Of a stretch of DNA of 64,000 bases, positions 54,388 through 64,000 are shown piece after piece. Numbering within the stretch: the stretch's first letter is position 1; each line of letters starts with the position of its first letter. The notes under the pieces are model-generated. The model did no database searches. It was given only the letters and a program-made list of their open reading frames with translations, and had not been told where the DNA came from. The position numbers and the translations under genes are program-made. Origin of the DNA: Eledone cirrhosa (lineage: Eukaryota); NCBI GenBank assembly GCA_964016885.1, contig OZ024748.1:11594001-11658000 (forward strand), in the 5' to 3' direction.

Positions 54388-54624
54388 AGTGCCTTTGCTC
54401 ACTATAAAAGCTTCACGGCACAGGCATTGCTTTGTATCTGGATATCTCTCTGGACTTGTCATCACATGGTACCGTGGGCCCAGCACTATGTGTCAATAAT
54501 TGTCGCAAGTGTAGTGTTTGTACCAGAGTTTTCAAGTCGCTGGCTGGACTAAAAAGTCACACTTGTTCAGCGCATCGGTAGGGGTTCTCCTACATGGATA
54601 TAAAGTAGTTGGCAGCCACTATGT
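54388..54624 (+). mobile_element. 5'-truncated copy of the (TATG)n element
   Basis: Matches 31937-32190 with an ~18-bp deletion. Confidence 0.88.
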
Positions 54625-54780
54625 ATATAAGTACAGAAGAAAGAATATGGATATATTCATTTGGGTTTTCATCTGTTGAAGTCTTATATGTGCTTTCTTG
54701 GTTCCATATATATATGTATACATATATATATATATATATATATGTGTGGGGGGGGGTGCATGTGTCTCGGTGTCTATATA

Positions 54781-54821
<41 letters not shown>

Positions 54822-54828
<7 letters not shown>

Positions 54829-54946
54829 AATATAGACATAGAATATTCGAAAATATTCTGTATGTTTATTATAAACATACAGAATATTTTCGAATATTCT
54901 ATGTCTATATTCACATATATATCGCTATTTCAGAGCATTTATTCCA

Positions 54947-54947
<1 letters not shown>
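54822..54947. mobile_element. (TA)n-flanked near-perfect palindrome (~45-bp arms)
   Basis: gtgaatatagacatagaatattcgaaaatattctgtatgttta / taaacatacagaatattttcgaatattctatgtctatattcac. Confidence 0.8.
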
Positions 54948-54983
<36 letters not shown>

Positions 54984-55035
54984 ATTGTGTGTGTGTGTGT
55001 GTGTGTGTGTCTGTGTCTATATATGTGTGTATATG

Positions 55036-55069
<34 letters not shown>

Positions 55070-55129
55070 ATTGTGTCTGGTATTGAGCATGTAAGTGATT
55101 ACTAGTTTTTGTACATATATATATGTGTG

Positions 55130-55211
<82 letters not shown>

Positions 55212-55370
55212 CACGTACATACATAGTAGTACTTTTTAATTTATCACATGATTGTGTATGAAAACTTACATCTACTCACATACACAATACCAGACACACA
55301 CATACATACACCACTCTAATTGCACGCAAACACATACAGTTTATTAAACGCACACATATTCACCGCATTA

Positions 55371-55469
<99 letters not shown>

Positions 55470-56235
55470 TCACCGCATTAAAGACACACATACATACATC
55501 AGATTAGGCACACACATACACTACATTAGGCACTCACACATCCACCACAGTTGTCGCACACACCCATACGCACATACACCGCATTACGCACACACACATA
55601 CACTACATTAAGTACACACATATACACCGCATTAAGTGCACACACACACATACACCTCATTAAGTACACACATATACACGCATATACACAGCATTAGACA
55701 CACACACACATACTGTCTCCTAAACAAACGCACGCACGCACACAGACACAGGCATACACACACATACATCAAGTTCTCTCATAAACATTGATGATTGCAC
55801 ACCAGATTATAAAAGCCAGTTTCCTACGACATTAAAATGACTGGCTTTTCTTATAGAATACAATTTATTACTTAACAGATTAACTAATTCTTAATTCAAT
55901 TAAATTATCGGATTGTCGAATTCTTAGTTTAAATTTATCACATCCATTGGTTACAGAAAGATCAACAGCAATGTATTTTGAGACTTTGCAAGTAAGAGGT
56001 GTCAACGATCTCTGCAAAAGTCTATAACCTTTGTTATAACTTGTTGTCAAAAGAAAGTGTCTTCAAAATGTAGCTGTAAATAAATTCTTAGTATAGTATA
56101 GTATTTACAATATATATATATATATACTATAAATAAAGGGCAAAGAGATCCTTCGGTCACGTCTATAACCTTTGTAGGAAAGAAGTGTCCTCATATATAT
56201 ATATATATTCTTAGTATAGTGTAGTATATAAAATA

Positions 56236-56289
<54 letters not shown>

Positions 56290-56291
<2 letters not shown>

Positions 56292-56502
56292 CGAAGGAAA
56301 TGTGGTAAGGAACCAGATGGATCATAACGCACCAAAGTACTCAATACTTAGGGTAGTAGAGTGGGAAATAGGAAAAAGTATGAATCCGACGGCAGAGCTC
56401 AAGCTGTTTCGACGGCTAATTCTGGACTAAATAAGAATTTTTATTTAGTCCAGAATTAGCCGTCGAAACGGCTTGAGCTCTGCCGTCGGGTTCATACTTG
56501 TT

Positions 56503-56505
<3 letters not shown>
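56290..56505 (-). mobile_element. PLE family X fold-back copy
   Basis: Centre ~56437. Confidence 0.88.
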
Positions 56506-56540
<35 letters not shown>

Positions 56541-56561
56541 GGAGGTGAGTTTTATTGTAGT

Positions 56562-56632
<71 letters not shown>

Positions 56633-57174
56633 TTAGGTTATGCGACTGCATGGAAGATTACCTCCTCTCAGGGCCAAGCGAATCCCATGTAAATATCTAC
56701 AACGTCGAATGGTGGCGAATATTGCCGCCCAGACTTGACTGAAGCAGCAGTTAATCTCGTGTCAATCTCGTGGCAATATACCAACCGCCATTTTATTTAC
56801 ACCCACATATGTCCTCAATATGAAATATATTCTGTATATATATATAGCGACAGAATCACTAGAAACCTCAGGAAAGAACATGCAATAAGATATGGCAAAG
56901 TACGATCGTAGCGTTGTTGTTATCTACAGCACAATGATATCACTAAAACATATATGTCTCTTTTTCGTTTATTTATTTATATATTTGTTAGACGTGCTTC
57001 TATCAATATTAACCATGTTTAATCGGTTTAAATGGAACGTTCGATAAAATAACTAAATAGCTTCTTTGTGAATGAAATTCGTGAGAATATGTGTGTAAGA
57101 TTTCAGTGACGTAACTAACAAACATAATAGAAAATATTTAAAAATGTTGTGTTATATATTTATTTCTATTACTT

Positions 57175-57597
57175 TATAAGAGGATCGGCTGAAAACTTCA
57201 TAGGCTGACCAAGATACTCTCATTTAATGACCAAATGAGGTTTATTTTTCAACATAGTCCATGGAAGGAATCAATGCAGTTATTGATAAGAAGAGTTGAA
57301 GCTAATGCTTTAAGATTTCACAGCTCTAGCATAACTCCTTCATAGTCAGCCTATGAACGTTTTAGTCTACCTTCGTAGAACCGTGGGAAGGTACATGGCT
57401 TCTGGGTTCAATTCCCCATGGAGCGTAGTGTCTAAAAAGTCTGTCGTGAGCACTGGGGCTCATCAAGTCAATGCTTATCGCAGTTTTCGTGGCGTTAAGC
57501 GACTGAGACTACAAGACTCCCCACACACTGGAGCATCACAGCCTTAGCATCACTCCTCCATAGTCAGCCTCTGAACTTGTCAGCTGATCCTCATATA
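57175..57597. mobile_element. Mariner-like MITE with a duplicated right end
   Basis: ~35-bp TIRs tataagaggatcggctgaaaacttcataggctgac / gtcagcctctgaacttgtcagctgatcctcatata with TA termini. A second right TIR lies at 57346-57378. Confidence 0.7.
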
Positions 57598-57724
57598 TTT
57601 ATTTCTGTTAGTTATAGACCGAGGCCTCTATGCTTAAAACTAACCAGCGGAACCTCGATATTATGTAGCTGTGTGTGGAAGTCTTATCTTTAAATTTAAA
57701 AATAGACATACACACATATATAAT

Positions 57725-57900
57725 TCTTCTTCTTCTTCTTTTTCTTCTTCTTCTTCTTCTTCTTCTTCTTCTTCTTCTTCTTCTTCTTCTTCTTCTTCTT
57801 CTTCTTCTTTACCCCCCTCCTCACCCCCCCCCCCTCTCACAAACATATATATAAACGAGTATGTGCATAAGAAAGTGAAAGGACTGAAAGATGTGGAACA
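57725..57900 (-). repeat. Dispersed ~110-bp repeat with a (GAA)n tail; inverted partner at 63180-63428
   Basis: acaaacatatatataaacgagtatgtgcat.agaaagtgaaaggactgaaagatgtggaaca is shared. Confidence 0.8.
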
Positions 57901-57933
57901 ATCTCTTCTTACACTTATTCCTGGTAGGGTCGT

Positions 57934-58450
<517 letters not shown>

Positions 58451-58483
58451 CATATATACATATATATATATATATATGTGTGC

Positions 58484-58531
<48 letters not shown>

Positions 58532-58790
58532 TAATGTGTATTGGTGTACATAAATGTGGGTATATGTGCAAGTATCGTTTATTCATTTATCTTTTAATGT
58601 TGTAGTGCCACTTGGAAGCACCGCGTAGCTGTTTAGATAAGGTAGTATTGATAAGACAGGATTACGGTGTGAATTTACTATAAACAATTTATTTTATGCA
58701 ATCTCGCCAAATAAATCATTTATCTCCTCTTATGCTATTTCAGCGTAAGCGTCATATTCATAGAGTTTCTTTTGAACTTATATACATATA

Positions 58791-58969
<179 letters not shown>

Positions 58970-59058
58970 CGGGTGTGTGTGTATATACGTGTGTTTGTAT
59001 ATATATATATATATATTACACCACACAACATAAATTTTATGTATGTATATTTATATGT

Positions 59059-59155
<97 letters not shown>

Positions 59156-59341
59156 TGTATAAACAAAGAAAAAGATAGTATAATGTTCTTTACTCATAAA
59201 GTGCTTCACAATTGTTTCGGTGTTACCAGCGATCATTACGCAGTTAGTCAAAAGTATCTCTCGTATCTTCCAACCATAACTACATAATCATCCTATATTC
59301 TTGCGCAGCTCTCTATACACAAATAGAGATATATTTTGCAC

Positions 59342-59407
<66 letters not shown>

Positions 59408-59530
59408 TATATATATATATATATACATACATATATACATATATACATGAATAAACTGGGTATAATACCAGTTTCTTACCAAATGCGAGGAAGCTCGATA
59501 TACTAACCACTTAGGGAAGAATATATACAT

Positions 59531-59581
<51 letters not shown>

Positions 59582-59696
59582 ATATATATTCTATAGTATG
59601 TTGTTTACAACTTTTTTATCATTAACGTTATTATTGTTATTATTATTATTATTTTTATTATTATCATTATTATTATTATTATTGTTCTTCTTATTG

Positions 59697-59765
<69 letters not shown>

Positions 59766-60085
59766 GTTCATTTACTTTTTTCCCTTTTTTTGCTCCTTCC
59801 TATTTACGAGACAGCACTATATATTTTAAACATATCTAACATTCCCGTTCAAAATCGATATTGCCAAACGCTAAATTGAGTTATTATAATAGTGTGAATT
59901 GTGTAGAAACATTTGTAAAGGTGACGATGAGAAAAAACTGAGAGTGTCTTAATGTAAAGAACGCGGGGGAGAGGAGAGGAGATAAAAGAATAAGAATATA
60001 AGCCGAAACGAAAACAAAAATATTCATAATGAAATCGCAGCAAAAGTGATAACTACTAAGACAATGGTGACGACGACAACGATGA

Positions 60086-60117
<32 letters not shown>

Positions 60118-60253
60118 ATGATGGTGATGGTGATGGTGGTGGTGGTGGTGATGATGGTGGTTGTTGTTGTTGGTGGTGGTGGTGATGATGATGATAATAT
60201 ATAATGACAACAATAGTTAATGACAATAGTAGCAACAGAAAAAAAGAACTACA

Positions 60254-60303
<50 letters not shown>

Positions 60304-60365
60304 CATTTATAAATATATCTGTATATATATGCATATAAATATATCTGCATGTATATATATATCTG

Positions 60366-60435
<70 letters not shown>

Positions 60436-60487
60436 CATACATACATTTATAAATATATCTGTATATATATACATATAAATATATCTG

Positions 60488-60529
<42 letters not shown>

Positions 60530-60615
60530 TATATACATATATATACATATATATATACATATATATGTATATACATACATACATACATACATACATACAT
60601 ACATACATACATACA

Positions 60616-60649
<34 letters not shown>

Positions 60650-60737
60650 CGATGTTGGAAATCTTCTCTGACATTTATTATTTTGAACACGTTTTTGTAC
60701 ACACGTTCACACACACACACACGCACACATACACACC

Positions 60738-60803
<66 letters not shown>

Positions 60804-60809
60804 TATGGG

Positions 60810-61271
<462 letters not shown>

Positions 61272-61825
61272 TGTGTTCTTTGACGAGGTTATCTGTGTTC
61301 TAACTTTTGATTTATATTCCGATGAATTTGGCCTTGTGCTTGGATGAAACGATCGTTAGTAATTAAATGTTCTTAAACACACTTTGATTGTTATTTATAA
61401 ATATATATATATATATAATTATGGAACGAAGATTATCGAATAGAGTGGACACAGCTCCGATCGTTTCCTCAATTATTAAAATAATCTAATTAAGTTCGTA
61501 TTATTAAAATACGAACCAAACTGATTAGTGTGTAGACTAATACGTTAATTAGTGAGGAAGATGACTTCGTGCGGGTAGGAAATATACATACATTCTTCAT
61601 TTTTTTCTTTCATGTTTAGAAAGTTAAGCTGTTATTGTAGCACAAGAGGGGTGACCTTTGTCATTGACATACAATGTTATGATTTTTTTGAGATATTTTG
61701 GTCGTGCTGTAGGTATACTTTTAATTTACATCATCTTTACTAACAGGATCACCTCCACCCGAGCCGTGGTTCTACAAGTACATATTATATGAGTGTGTGT
61801 GGAAGCGGGGATGAGGAGTGTATGT

Positions 61826-61878
<53 letters not shown>

Positions 61879-62117
61879 TGTATATATATGTGTGTGTGTG
61901 TATGTGTGTCTGTGTGTGTGTAAAGAGGAAAATACTACTTTTTCAACCTCTGAATGATACGATGTCGTACTGACATATATGATGTGATTTTTTACATTTA
62001 TTTAATCCCTACATATCTGTGACCCCTATGTGTTGTTGACCTTTAGCGTCGGTAACCCCTAAATATCGGTGACCCCTAAATATCGATGACTCCTAGATAG
62101 ATAAACATAGAAAGATA

Positions 62118-62213
<96 letters not shown>

Positions 62214-62216
62214 TCT

Positions 62217-62304
<88 letters not shown>

Positions 62305-62309
62305 CAGGC

Positions 62310-62375
<66 letters not shown>

Positions 62376-62731
62376 CTAGACATATAGACAGACATATAGA
62401 CAGACAGACAGGCAGCCATATAGACAGACAGATATACATACAGACAGACAAAGAGACAGACAGATAGATAGATAGAAATAATTTAATGACTTATTGATTT
62501 ATTGAGAATGTTCTGGAAGCTGTGGGGTACGGTAAGTCGAGAAGACGTTCTTCTCTAAACAAAACAGACAATTATGTAACAGTGCAGCTGCTTCAGATAC
62601 AAGTATTTTAGGCAGAATCCACACGTAAAGCCATGCGACTGATTAACAAAGATTTATTCACTGGCACACTACAAAACCATTAGTCAGCATACGTGATGTT
62701 CTCTTTCTCTCTCTCTCTCTCTCTGTCTCTC

Positions 62732-62773
<42 letters not shown>

Positions 62774-62882
62774 TCTATCAACCTCTCTATATCTATCTAA
62801 CTCTAACTCTATCTCTATCTATCTCTCTCTCCCTCCCTCCCTCTCTCTGTCTAACTATCTAGCTTCCCCTTTACCTCTCATC

Positions 62883-62976
62883 GGGCCCCTGACGCAACGG
62901 CCAGTTATCTGTAAGCCTGTTTGTTAACAATCTGGAACTACCTGTTGAAACAGCAAGAGCTCAGCCGTCGGGGCCC
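62883..62976 (+). ncRNA. Only family X relative retaining the whole hammerhead (decayed)
   Basis: gggccc CUGACGC aacgg..[51-nt helix II]..cuguu GAAA cagc aagagcuca gccg UC ggggccc. Confidence 0.7.
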
Positions 62977-63837
62977 ATAGTCTTTCTAATATAGTCATAC
63001 TCTATTATCCCAAGAAGCGAGTACACTGTTGAATAACGGAATAACTAGTTTAAAACTGGTTCAATCCTGATATTTGTTTCACATATCAATTTGAGAAACC
63101 CTACAGAAAAGCCAATAGCACTGCTAAAACGTCGCCATCTTGCAACGACCAGCGACTAACGTAGAAAGTACAGTTGGAGTGTTCCACATCTTTCAGTCCT
63201 TTCACTTTCTCATGCACATACTCGTTTATATATATGTTTGTAAGAGGGGTGGGGTGAGGAGGAGGAAGAGGGGGGGGGGGGATAATGAAGAAGAAGAAGA
63301 AGAAGAAGAAGAAGAAGAAGAAGAAGAAGAAGAAGAAGAAGAAGAAGAAGAAGAAGAAGAAGAAGAAGAAGAAGAAGAAGAAGAAGAAGAAGAAGAAGAA
63401 GAAGAAGAAGAAGAAGAAGAAGAAGAAGGCAAACAAGAAGAAGAAACTAACTGTAGTTCTCATTTTCAATTCATATTTTATGAAAGACTAGAAGAAAAAC
63501 ACACATATTACGTGTTTAGCGAGAATCGTAACAGAAAAATGAAGCAAAGAATCGTGTCAAAAATGGCGGAATTGTTCAATTGAGTGTTTCATTTTGGCTT
63601 TTAGCTGGTTAATCGATTTTAGGTTGGCTGTTCTGTGTATTCGTCTTGTTTTTGTATTCATGTTAATTATATATTCATGCAGTTTATTCCATGGATTTGT
63701 CATATATATATATATATATATATCAATGTAAATATATATCAATATAAATATCCCTTTTGCTTATATATATATATATATATATTTATGTTTATATACATAT
63801 ATGTGTGTGTATGTATATATACATACAAATATTGATT

Positions 63838-63868
<31 letters not shown>

Positions 63869-63911
63869 GTGTATATATGTGTGTATGTATATATACACAT
63901 ACAAATACATT

Positions 63912-63942
<31 letters not shown>

Positions 63943-64000
63943 ATGGTATGCCGAAGTGTAGTACCTTAAAAACCAATAAGTTATCATCGCCTAGTGCTAA

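Noticed and set aside
56290-56430. Twister, pistol or HDV-like fold on the opposite strand of family X
   Set aside because: Only partial motif resemblance. The other strand gives a precise hammerhead half, confirmed by the copy at 62883.
57878-57900. CTGAAAGA as a hammerhead core
   Set aside because: Wrong spacing and no GAAA/UH partner.

Overview
Eukaryotic, AT-rich, microsatellite-saturated animal DNA. The SINE families and repeat landscape suggest an octopus or other coleoid cephalopod (inference). Nearly all listed ORFs are microsatellite artefacts. Real coding content is: a 5'-truncated L1/Tx1-clade LINE ORF2 with one nonsense codon (6255-8587, minus), small RTE and Penelope relics, and one host exon (~26461-27328, plus) encoding an acidic Gly-rich region plus a single transmembrane helix, followed by a GT donor. 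The main hidden structure lies in the short 'unique' islands between (TA)n tracts. Many are 3' ends of at least ten unrelated Penelope-like (PLE) families. They carry hammerhead ribozyme (HHR) motifs and often form fold-back palindromes. Highlights: (i) a two-copy family whose hammerhead core strands occur in a non-circularly permuted, pseudoknotted order with compensatory changes (11298-11372, 33636-33711); (ii) a ~13-copy family usually truncated and folded back inside helix II of its own hammerhead; (iii) repeated U3-A8 core variants; (iv) an HDV-like ribozyme fold at the 5' end of a (TATG)n-associated RTE-derived element; (v) very long target-site duplications. All folds were derived by eye, and element boundaries are approximate.
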